A stretch of DNA of 64,000 bases, taken from sequence record DRR378314_197, one strand, 5' to 3'. The notes below the pieces were generated by a model, which was not told the origin of the DNA, searched no databases, and saw only the letters and a list, made by a program, of their open reading frames with translations. Numbering within the stretch: position 1 is the stretch's first letter; the number at the start of each line of letters is the position of its first letter. Made by a program: the position numbers and the translations under genes. Positions 9,684 through 18,078 of the stretch are shown here, one piece after another.

Positions 9684-12302
9684 ATGTTGAAACGAATGTT
9701 AAGCCGTGTCACCGCGGCCGCATTGGTCATCGTTGCCCTGCCTTCTATGGCAGCAACAAAAGACCTTTCTTACTATCTGCCACAGGATGTCAGTTACAAC
9801 CCGGAAATTACCAAACCCAAAGATGTGCTTGGTTATCAGGTTGGTGAATGGCATGCCCGCCCCGAACAAATTGTAAAGTATATGGAAGTTCTGGCCGAAG
9901 AGTCAGATCGCATTACGCTGGAAGTGACCGGTCGCACACATGAGCAGCGTCCTTTGTTACTTCTTACCGTCACCTCAGAAAACAACCACCGCAATATTGA
10001 TGACGTTCGTGAGCGTCATTTGGCCGCAGCTGATCCAAACCGTGATGCCGACCCGGACAATACGCCGGTCGTAATGTACATGGGCTATAGTATTCACGGG
10101 GACGAATCGAGCGGCAGTAATGCAGCAATACTGTTTGCTTATTACCTTGCCGCGGCAGAAGGTGAAGCTGTGGATGAGCTTTTGAGCGATTCAGTTATTC
10201 TGCTTGATCCGGCGTTTAACCCTGATGGACTAGCTCGCTTTGCACAATGGGCAAACCAGCACCGCAGTCAAAATCTGGTTGCCGATCCACAGCATCGTGA
10301 GCACGTGCAACCTTTTATTCGTGGCCGGGTCAACCATTACTGGTTCGATATGAACCGCGACTGGCTGTTACTGCAACACCCTGAATCGCGCGCGCGTATC
10401 GCTAACTTTCAGAAATGGAAGCCAAACGTACTGACCGATTACCACGAAATGGGAACCAACAGCACGTATTTCTTCCAGCCGGGTATTCCGTCTCGTAAAA
10501 ACCCATTAACGCCAGATGAAAACGTGCGCTTAACCGAAATTCTTGCGTCAGAACACGCCGACTCGCTGGATGATATTGGCAGCCTGTATTACACCGAAGA
10601 GTCATTTGATGACTTCTATTATGGCAAAGGCTCTACCTACCCTGACATTCAGGGCGCCGTAGGTATTTTATTTGAACAAGCCTCCAGCCGAGGACACTTG
10701 CAGGACTCGGTTAATGGTGAGGTCAGCTTTCCGTTCACTATTCGTAACCAGTTTGTCGCCTCACTCAGTACCATTTACGGCACACACAAAAACAAAAGTC
10801 GTTTTATTGAGTTTCAGGAGCGTGCTTACGACGAAGGCATGGAGGCCGCACAAAAAGCCAAGTTTGAAGGTTATCTAATTGGTGACTCAAGCGATCCGTC
10901 GCGTGTAGAAGGTCTACTGGAAATCTTTAAACAGCACGGTATTAAAGCTTATCGTGTAGAAAAAGATATTGAACAGAACGGCACTCAGTTTAAAGCCGGA
11001 AGCAGTTATTATATCCCTCTGGCTCAGGCTCAGTACGGTTTGATTCAGGGAATATTCAGTACGCGCAAGAACTTCCCGAACAATACCTTCTACGATGTTT
11101 CAGGCTGGACTCTGCCATTAGCCTTTAACGTGCCATTTGAGACTCATCGTGGTCGTATTCAAATTGCGGATAATGCCTGGGATGCGCCAAAACGCAAGAC
11201 GTCGGCTCTCACTGATGCCTACGCTTACGCATTTAACTGGAACGATTACTTCGCTCCGGGTTTATTACAAGAGTTGCTGGAGCAGAACATTCACGTTCGT
11301 CAGACAACAAAACCCTTCACTGTAGAAGGTGAACAAGGCCGTCAGGAGTTTTCAGCCGGTTCTATTGTTGTACCTAAAGCCTATCAGGAACGGGAATGGC
11401 GCGATGTACAACGTCGTCTGGCTACCGCAGCAAAAGAAAAAGGTATTCAGGTAACCTCTATCGAGACCGGATTAACACCTGAAGGTGTTGACCTGGGTAG
11501 CCGCAATATTCAACCGGTGGAAAAGCCCAGCGTAATGATGCTGACCGGCGAAGGGGTTAACCTTTACGAAGCTGGGGAAACCTGGTACTACCTTGACCGC
11601 CACGTAGGTATTCCATTGTCGATGGTTGATACTGAACGTCTGCCCAGCGCTGACTTAACCCGTTATAGCCATATTATTATGGTGGACGGACATTACAGCA
11701 ATTTAGATAAACAACTGCGTAAAAAAATCCAAAACTGGGTAAGCCAGGGTGGAACAATAATTGGTCAGCGTGGTGGTGCTGAATGGTTAGCAGAAAATGG
11801 TCTTCTGCAAACTCGCTTTATTGATGATGCCGTCTTCCAGAGCGCTTTTACTAAAAAGCAGCTAAGTTACGAAGAGCGCGACGACTTCTACGCTGAACAG
11901 CGAATTGCCGGAGCGATATTCTCAATGGATGTCGATACTTCTCACCCATTATTCTTTGGCTTCCCGCGTGACCAAATGCCAGTATTCAAGAATTCGGCTG
12001 CCGCCATGGAAGAACCCGAGTCGCCTTTCGTTTCAGTCGCTCGCTATTCGGAGCAGCCTTTAATGAGTGGTTACACTGATGAGCGCAATCGCGAAATACT
12101 AAAAGGTAAAACCAATATTGCCGCCCATCGTTTAGGCAACGGTCAGGTAATTGGTTTTGCCGACAACATTAATTTCCGCGCCTATTTTTGGGGGACATCC
12201 AAGTTACTCAGTAATGCTATTTATTTAGCTCCCCGTATTCAGGTTTACGCGAAAAAACTGGACGATAAAGCAGCAGCGGATGCCGCCGCTGAAGCCCATT
12301 AA
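9684..12302 (+). CDS. secreted M14 zinc carboxypeptidase-like protein
   Basis: signal peptide, IHGDE, NPDG, DMNRDW, DYHEM. Confidence 0.88.
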   Translation: MLKRMLSRVTAAALVIVALPSMAATKDLSYYLPQDVSYNPEITKPKDVLGYQVGEWHARPEQIVKYMEVLAEESDRITLEVTGRTHEQRPLLLLTVTSENNHRNIDDVRERHLAAADPNRDADPDNTPVVMYMGYSIHGDESSGSNAAILFAYYLAAAEGEAVDELLSDSVILLDPAFNPDGLARFAQWANQHRSQNLVADPQHREHVQPFIRGRVNHYWFDMNRDWLLLQHPESRARIANFQKWKPNVLTDYHEMGTNSTYFFQPGIPSRKNPLTPDENVRLTEILASEHADSLDDIGSLYYTEESFDDFYYGKGSTYPDIQGAVGILFEQASSRGHLQDSVNGEVSFPFTIRNQFVASLSTIYGTHKNKSRFIEFQERAYDEGMEAAQKAKFEGYLIGDSSDPSRVEGLLEIFKQHGIKAYRVEKDIEQNGTQFKAGSSYYIPLAQAQYGLIQGIFSTRKNFPNNTFYDVSGWTLPLAFNVPFETHRGRIQIADNAWDAPKRKTSALTDAYAYAFNWNDYFAPGLLQELLEQNIHVRQTTKPFTVEGEQGRQEFSAGSIVVPKAYQEREWRDVQRRLATAAKEKGIQVTSIETGLTPEGVDLGSRNIQPVEKPSVMMLTGEGVNLYEAGETWYYLDRHVGIPLSMVDTERLPSADLTRYSHIIMVDGHYSNLDKQLRKKIQNWVSQGGTIIGQRGGAEWLAENGLLQTRFIDDAVFQSAFTKKQLSYEERDDFYAEQRIAGAIFSMDVDTSHPLFFGFPRDQMPVFKNSAAAMEEPESPFVSVARYSEQPLMSGYTDERNREILKGKTNIAAHRLGNGQVIGFADNINFRAYFWGTSKLLSNAIYLAPRIQVYAKKLDDKAAADAAAEAH

Positions 12303-12321
12303 TTAATAAATTAATAGAGAT

Positions 12322-12357
12322 AAAACCGCTAGGATTTTTTGTCTTAGCGGTTTTTTT
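12322..12357 (+). terminator. intrinsic terminator after the M14 gene
   Basis: AAAACCGCTAGGA-loop-TCTTAGCGGTTTT followed by a T run. Confidence 0.8.
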
Positions 12358-12437
12358 ACACTTGGATATATTGGTTGTTTTTCGAATAATGGTCTACCTT
12401 ACTAATTGAATCTTCTAAATTAATCAGTGAGGTGTAT

Positions 12438-12611
12438 ATGTTACGTTGGGTTCTAATCTTTCTAGCCGTGGCTGTAGTTGCCGCTATTTTAGGCTTTGGC
12501 GGAATTGCCGGAACAGCTGCCGGAATAGCTAAAATTATCTTCTATATCTTTATTATCCTCTTTGCGATTTCTTTAGTCGTTCGCCTGCTTCAGGGGAATA
12601 AAAGGCTTTAA
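12438..12611 (+). CDS. DUF1328/UPF0391 (YtjA-like) small membrane protein, 57 aa
   Basis: translated by hand: [63 protein letters not shown] Shine-Dalgarno. Confidence 0.92.
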   Translation: MLRWVLIFLAVAVVAAILGFGGIAGTAAGIAKIIFYIFIILFAISLVVRLLQGNKRL

Positions 12612-12648
12612 ATGTTTTAGCCTTTGTTAGATATTAGACATTGGTCGT

Positions 12649-12695
12649 ATGCCAACCGTTATTGAGTTTACGCTACAATAACGGTTGGCATTTTT
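12649..12695 (+). repeat. perfect 16-bp inverted repeat followed by a T tract (terminator or regulatory hairpin)
   Basis: ATGCCAACCGTTATTG-N11-CAATAACGGTTGGCAT-TTTT. Confidence 0.75.
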
Positions 12696-12733
12696 CGTTA
12701 TCTGTCTAACACTACAACAATGAGGCTCTTGCC

Positions 12734-14413
12734 ATGAACGCAATCGTAATGATGGTTCTGGGTTTAGGCGCAATGTTTCTCGGTTATGTTTTTTACTCTA
12801 AATTTATTGCTGAGAAAATTTTTAAGCTTGATCCGAACTTCAGAACACCCGCTCACGAATTAGAAGACGGAGTCGACTTCGTCCCTACCAATAAATACGT
12901 TCTGTGGGGCCACCACTTTACTTCTGTAGCCGGTGCGGCACCTATTATTGGTCCTGCCATTGCGGTTATCTGGGGTTGGGTACCTGCTTTCTTATGGGTT
13001 ATTTTCGGTACCATATTCTTTGCTGGCGTACACGATGCTGGCGCGATCTGGGCAAGTAACCGTAATAAAGCCAAATCTATTGGTAACTTGACTGGCGATG
13101 TTGTTGGCAAACGCTCTCAAACGCTGTTCATGATCGTTATCTTCCTTGTGTTACTAATGGTCAACGCGGTTTTCGCTACTGCTATTTCAGGTCTGTTGAT
13201 TAAATTCTCCAGCTCAGTAGTGCCAGTTTGGGGTGCTATTTTTGTCGCACTTATTATCGGACAAATTATTTTCCGTAAATGGATGGGCTTAGGTGCAATA
13301 TCCATTATCGGTGTACTGGCACTGTACGCACTTATATGGGCAGGTCCCTCATTTCCAATAGAATTGCCAGAAACGGTAATGGGTATCAGTGACAACGCGC
13401 AATGGGTTCTTATCCTGTTTGGCTACGCCGCCATCGCTTCATTACTGCCTGTTTGGATGTTGCTTCAGCCACGTGACTACATCAATGGCCTACAGCTATT
13501 CATTGGTCTTATTTTGCTTTACGGTGCCACGTTATTACTGGCTCCGGAAATTTCAGCTCCGGCCTTCAATAGCAATACCCCGGAAGGCACTCCTTCGATG
13601 TTGCCACTGTTGTTCGTTACCATAGCCTGTGGAGCAATTTCGGGCTTCCACGGTCTGGTTGCATCGGGTACAACCTCGAAGCAACTTGATAAAGAAACCG
13701 ACGCCCGTTTTGTCGGATACTTTGGTGCGGTTGGTGAAGGCTCATTGTCGCTGGCGACTATCATCGCCGCCACAGCCGGTTTTGCAACATTAGCCGACTG
13801 GGAAGCGGTCTACTCATCTTTCGGACAAGGCGGCGTATCAGCCTTTGTTGAAGGTGGCGCCAACATTATTAGTCAGGGGCTTGGCCTGGACATTGGCGTA
13901 TCAGAAACCCTGCTGACGGTAATGGCTGTGCTTTTTGCCGGTACCACAATGGATACTGGATTACGTCTGCAACGCTATATTTTCCAGGAATGGGGAAACC
14001 TGTATAACATTAACTGGATGCAAAAAGCCTTTCCGGCAACGATGCTAGCTGTAGGAAGCTGCTTATTGTTAGCCTTCGGTGCTGGCGGCGCAGACGGTTC
14101 CGGCGGCTTAGTTATCTGGCCTCTGTTCGGTACCACAAACCAGTTATTAGCAGGGTTGACCTTGTTGGTTATTACGGTCATGTTGGTGCGCTTAGGCCGA
14201 CCAATGTATTACACCTTAATACCGTTAATTTTCCTGTTGATAATGACAGTCTTCGCTCTTATTGTTCAGCTTAAAGATTTCTATAACAGCGGTGACTGGT
14301 TCTTAATGGGTCTGGATTTAGTGGTGCTGGTTGCCGCTATCTGGATTGCTCTTGAAGCTAGCGCAGGCTTAACTAAAATCCGTAAGGAACAAAAAGCCCA
14401 GAAGCAGCAATAA
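12734..14413 (+). CDS. cstA: CstA-family (carbon starvation A-like) transporter
   Basis: GHHFTSVAGAAPIIGP, IACGAISGFH, TTMDTGLR, IWPLFGTTNQLLA; many hydrophobic segments. Confidence 0.92.
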   Translation: MNAIVMMVLGLGAMFLGYVFYSKFIAEKIFKLDPNFRTPAHELEDGVDFVPTNKYVLWGHHFTSVAGAAPIIGPAIAVIWGWVPAFLWVIFGTIFFAGVHDAGAIWASNRNKAKSIGNLTGDVVGKRSQTLFMIVIFLVLLMVNAVFATAISGLLIKFSSSVVPVWGAIFVALIIGQIIFRKWMGLGAISIIGVLALYALIWAGPSFPIELPETVMGISDNAQWVLILFGYAAIASLLPVWMLLQPRDYINGLQLFIGLILLYGATLLLAPEISAPAFNSNTPEGTPSMLPLLFVTIACGAISGFHGLVASGTTSKQLDKETDARFVGYFGAVGEGSLSLATIIAATAGFATLADWEAVYSSFGQGGVSAFVEGGANIISQGLGLDIGVSETLLTVMAVLFAGTTMDTGLRLQRYIFQEWGNLYNINWMQKAFPATMLAVGSCLLLAFGAGGADGSGGLVIWPLFGTTNQLLAGLTLLVITVMLVRLGRPMYYTLIPLIFLLIMTVFALIVQLKDFYNSGDWFLMGLDLVVLVAAIWIALEASAGLTKIRKEQKAQKQQ

Positions 14414-14433
14414 GAGTAACGGGAGTAAGTAGC

Positions 14434-14706
14434 ATGAATATACAGTCAGTGCGCCGTTGGTTCAGCCGGGCAAGTGATTTGGCCAATGAGTTTTATAATG
14501 CGCCCTATCGCTCTGCTATTGCCCGGGCAAAGCGCGACGAAGACGATTTATTCATGCTACTGGTTTTTTCTGAAATGATGGGCGTGCCGAACCCGGCCGC
14601 CTATTATACTTTAGAGTTACAGCCATTAATGCTGGAACGTTTCCACGAATGGCATCAACGCATGGGGATGGAACACTCACCTCTTGATCACTTCCGTTGT
14701 TGCTAA
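14434..14706 (+). CDS. small CstA-associated protein ending Cys-Cys-stop (cory-CC-star-like)
   Basis: EFYNAPYR..IAR..RDEDDLFMLLVFSE..GVPNP..YYTLEL.P...E.FHEWH.RMG..HSPLD.FRCC*; GGGAG Shine-Dalgarno. Confidence 0.8.
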   Translation: MNIQSVRRWFSRASDLANEFYNAPYRSAIARAKRDEDDLFMLLVFSEMMGVPNPAAYYTLELQPLMLERFHEWHQRMGMEHSPLDHFRCC

Positions 14707-14741
14707 TTTTATAACCCGACCAAAAACAGGGTTCATTTCTC

Positions 14742-15752
14742 ATGTTGTTAAGCGATAAAAAAGTTTTATTAGTTGGTGGTAAAGGCGGAGTTGGTAAAAC
14801 AACCGTGTCTTCTGCTCTGGCGGTTCTTGCTGCACGCCAAGGTAAAAAGGTATTGCTGGTTTCAACCGACCCGGCGCATAGCCTGGCCGACGTATTCGAC
14901 AAGAAAATCGGCGATAAAAAAACTGTTATGCGCGAAAATTTAACCGCATTAGAAATTGATCCTGACCACGAAGTTAAGGCTCATATTGAACGCGTCAGTT
15001 CTCAAATGAAGCGCTTTACAAACCCCGATCTCTTTCCCGAAATTGAACGCCAGATGCGTTTAACCCAGCAGTCTCCGGGAGCCCAGGAGGCTGCTTTGCT
15101 AGAGCGCATTTGCAACGTCATTGATGAAGCAGAGAAAGACTACGATTTGTTAATTTTTGACACAGCCCCGACCGGTCATACTTTGCGTTTACTGACATTA
15201 CCCGAGGCTATGGCAGCCTGGACGCAGGGAATGCTGCGCTCGCAAAAGCGCTCTGAAGACTTTGATTCAGTCCTTGAGCACTTATCACCCAAAGCTGGTA
15301 AAGATATTAATAACCCAATGGCTGACCCTCAAGACAATGCCAGCGACGGTATGACCGACCGCACTAAAGCAATTACAGAACAACTATTAACACGACAGAG
15401 GCTTTTTCAACGAACCCGACGCTTATTGCAGGATAGCAGTTACACATCCATTCTGTTTGTGTTAACACCAGAACGTCTCCCTATTCAGGAAACTGATCGG
15501 GCACTGCAGTCGTTAACCGCGGAAAAGTTACCCGTTGGTGGTGTTGTCATTAATAGAATATTGCCTGAACAGGCCGACGGCAGCTTTTTGGCCAAACGCA
15601 GGCTTCAGGAGAAAACTTACATAGAAGACATTCACAAACGTTTTAAAGCATGGCGAAATTACTCTCTTTATCTATTAGAAGAAGATGTCCAAGGTCTTGA
15701 TGCATTAGAAGCCTTTGCAAATAATCTGGAGCAAGCAGGATTTTCTGCCTAA
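14742..15752 (+). CDS. single-domain ArsA/Get3(TRC40)-family ATPase
   Basis: GKGGVGKTT, STDPAH, DTAPTGH. Confidence 0.93.
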   Translation: MLLSDKKVLLVGGKGGVGKTTVSSALAVLAARQGKKVLLVSTDPAHSLADVFDKKIGDKKTVMRENLTALEIDPDHEVKAHIERVSSQMKRFTNPDLFPEIERQMRLTQQSPGAQEAALLERICNVIDEAEKDYDLLIFDTAPTGHTLRLLTLPEAMAAWTQGMLRSQKRSEDFDSVLEHLSPKAGKDINNPMADPQDNASDGMTDRTKAITEQLLTRQRLFQRTRRLLQDSSYTSILFVLTPERLPIQETDRALQSLTAEKLPVGGVVINRILPEQADGSFLAKRRLQEKTYIEDIHKRFKAWRNYSLYLLEEDVQGLDALEAFANNLEQAGFSA

Positions 15753-15825
15753 CTGCCATTTTTTTGTCATCGCTTTCTCTAATAATACGTATACAGTGTG
15801 ATTGTTGTTAATTAAGGAGAAGACT

Positions 15826-16842
15826 ATGCGCGCTGTAGGATACAAAGAATCACTTCCGGCCGAAGATCCAAGTTCACTGCTGGATATTACTGTCGATGAT
15901 CCGGTTCCCGGAGCCAACGATTTACTGGTTAAAGTTAAAGCCGTAGCCGTTAACCCGGTTGATACCAAAATCAGAATGCGCATGGCGCCTGAATCTGGCC
16001 ACAAAATTATTGGCTGGGATGCAGTCGGGGAAGTTGTCTCTGCCGGAGATAAAGTAACAGGTTTTAAAACCGGAGACCGTGTTTGGTACGCGGGGGACTT
16101 GACCCGACCAGGTTGTAACGCGCAATTGCAAACCGTCGATTATCGCATTGTAGGCAAAGCACCGGAGAACCTCGATGACACTCAGGCAGCCGCCCTTCCA
16201 CTGACCAGCATTACTGCCTGGGAAATTCTGTTTGATCGCTTACAGGTTGATAAACCTTCACCGCACAACAAAAGAACGTTATTAATCATTGGTGGAGCCG
16301 GTGGCGTTGGTTCGGTCTTAATTCAGCTTGCCGCGCAGCTAACCGATGTCACCGTTATCGCTACGGCCTCCCGCGCAGAGTCTCAACAATGGGTAAAAGC
16401 TCTGGGGGCTGACCACGTTATCAATCATTACGACGACTTAGCTAAGCAGATAGAGTCTGTTGGCGCCTCTCCGGTAACCGATGTGGCCTGTTTGACTCAT
16501 AGCGAACAGTATTTCGCACAATGCATGAAATTAATGGCTCCTCAGGGTCGCTTTTGCCTTATAGATGATCCGTCAGAAAGTATCGACATTACCCTGATGA
16601 AACAAAAAAGTATCAGCTTGCACTGGGAGTTTATGTTTACCCGTTCTATGTTTACTACAGCAGACATGATAAAGCAGCAGGAATTACTGAACCATATTGC
16701 GAAAATGGTCGAAAAAGGCCAGATTCGTTCGACTCTGGGTAAAAGCTTTGGCGAAATGAATGCGAATAATCTTCGGAAGGCGCATCAGGCATTAGAAAGT
16801 CAGAAAACCATCGGAAAAATAGCGCTAACTGTCGCTGAATAG
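15826..16842 (+). CDS. MDR / zinc-binding alcohol dehydrogenase-family oxidoreductase
   Basis: AVNPVDTK, AAALPLT.ITAWE, GGAGGVGS, HWEFMFTR; AAGGAG Shine-Dalgarno before ATG 15826. Confidence 0.9.
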   Translation: MRAVGYKESLPAEDPSSLLDITVDDPVPGANDLLVKVKAVAVNPVDTKIRMRMAPESGHKIIGWDAVGEVVSAGDKVTGFKTGDRVWYAGDLTRPGCNAQLQTVDYRIVGKAPENLDDTQAAALPLTSITAWEILFDRLQVDKPSPHNKRTLLIIGGAGGVGSVLIQLAAQLTDVTVIATASRAESQQWVKALGADHVINHYDDLAKQIESVGASPVTDVACLTHSEQYFAQCMKLMAPQGRFCLIDDPSESIDITLMKQKSISLHWEFMFTRSMFTTADMIKQQELLNHIAKMVEKGQIRSTLGKSFGEMNANNLRKAHQALESQKTIGKIALTVAE

Positions 16843-16843
16843 T

Positions 16844-16873
16844 TTTACAAACATACATGAATGTATGTATAAT
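16844..16873 (+). promoter_or_regulatory. acrAB-like promoter overlapped by an AcrR-type operator
   Basis: TTTACA...TATAAT(16868-16873); TACAAACATACATGAATGTATGTA at 16846-16869. Confidence 0.75.
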
Positions 16874-16911
16874 TCCGGATTGATATAAATTAATAGGTCA
16901 GAGGTAATTTA

Positions 16912-18066
16912 ATGAACACGCGTTTTAGGTTTGCCCCGATTTTTGCCGCGAGTCTTCTGTTAACGGGAGCACTAACCGCATGCAGCGACCAACAACAGCA
17001 GCAACAAGGCCAGCAGCAAGCAGCTCAGGTTGATGTGATTACCGTAACGCCTGAGTCAATCAGCCTTAGTACCGATTTGCCTGGACGTACAGCTGCCTAC
17101 CGAGTTGCTCAGGTGCGTCCACAAGTTAGTGGTGTATTGCTGAAACGGACTTTTGAAGAAGGAACTTTTGTAGAGAAAGGACAACAACTCTATCAAATTG
17201 ATCCTGCCGTTTACGAAGCAGAATTAGCCAGCGCCAAAGCTGAAGTTGAAAGCGCCAAAGCTGTGCTGCGCAGCTCGGAACTTCGTTATAAACGCTTTCA
17301 GGAATTACTTGAAGAGAACGCTGTCAGTCAAGACGAATTTGATAGTGCAGAAGCCACTTTTTATCAAAACAAAGCGGCTGTTTCAGTCGCTGAAGCCCAG
17401 TTAAAAAATGCCCGTATTAATCTTGAATATACAAAAGTCAACGCCCCTATTAACGGTGTCATTGGCCGCTCTAATTTCACTGAAGGTGCATTATTAACGG
17501 CGTCGCAGACTGAGCCTTTGGTTACGATTAATCAACTGGATCCAATTTATGTTGATATCAACCAGTCCAGTAAGCAATTTATGGAATTACAGGCTGATAT
17601 AAAATCTGGCCGTATTCAGGCGAACGAGAAAGGTAACGCACCCGTTCGTCTAAAATTAAATGGTCTGGATTACGATCAAAAAGGTGAGCTGCTTTTTTCT
17701 GAAGTCAGTGTCGATGAGGATACAGGAGCAATTCTATTACGTGCTGAATTCCCTAACCCGGATAAAACGTTGTATCCCGGCATGTTTGTGCGTGCTGAAG
17801 TGAGTGAAGGCACTATTAACTCAGCCATTAAAGTACCACAAACAGCCGTAACTCGAGACCCCAGAGGACGACCTTATGTCATGCTGGTAAATGATGACAA
17901 AAAAGTTGAACAACGGATGATAACGACAGAACGCGCTGTAGGCAGCAGTTGGTTAGTATCTGAAGGCCTTAAAGAAGGCGATACCGTTATCACTTCAGGT
18001 CTGCAAAAAATTCGTCCGGGCGCATCGGTGACTATCGATTCATCTAACTCTGAACAGCAGCAGTAA
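16912..18066 (+). CDS. acrA: RND efflux periplasmic adaptor (AcrA/MexA-like) lipoprotein
   Basis: lipobox LTAC, RPQVSG, LYQIDP, APINGVIG, LRAEFPNP. Confidence 0.92.
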   Translation: MNTRFRFAPIFAASLLLTGALTACSDQQQQQQGQQQAAQVDVITVTPESISLSTDLPGRTAAYRVAQVRPQVSGVLLKRTFEEGTFVEKGQQLYQIDPAVYEAELASAKAEVESAKAVLRSSELRYKRFQELLEENAVSQDEFDSAEATFYQNKAAVSVAEAQLKNARINLEYTKVNAPINGVIGRSNFTEGALLTASQTEPLVTINQLDPIYVDINQSSKQFMELQADIKSGRIQANEKGNAPVRLKLNGLDYDQKGELLFSEVSVDEDTGAILLRAEFPNPDKTLYPGMFVRAEVSEGTINSAIKVPQTAVTRDPRGRPYVMLVNDDKKVEQRMITTERAVGSSWLVSEGLKEGDTVITSGLQKIRPGASVTIDSSNSEQQQ

Positions 18067-18078
18067 GGGAAGTCAGTA

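Noticed and set aside
12260-12302. Ala-rich M14 C-terminus (KAAADAAAEAH) as an ssrA-like degron or sorting signal
   Set aside because: The protein is exported, ends in His and has no transmembrane segment; the resemblance is superficial.
7544-14706. Selenocysteine (UGA) recoding in SelD or the CC-stop protein
   Set aside because: The SelD motif is encoded TGT-GGC-TGT and the small protein ends TGT TGC TAA; there is no in-frame UGA and no selAB in the window.
14742-15752. Arsenic resistance operon
   Set aside because: No arsR/B/C/D or acr3; the ATPase is single-domain with one Cys.
16990-17019. Poly-Gln tract in AcrA as a phase-variable repeat
   Set aside because: Mixed CAA/CAG codons in frame; an ordinary low-complexity lipoprotein linker.
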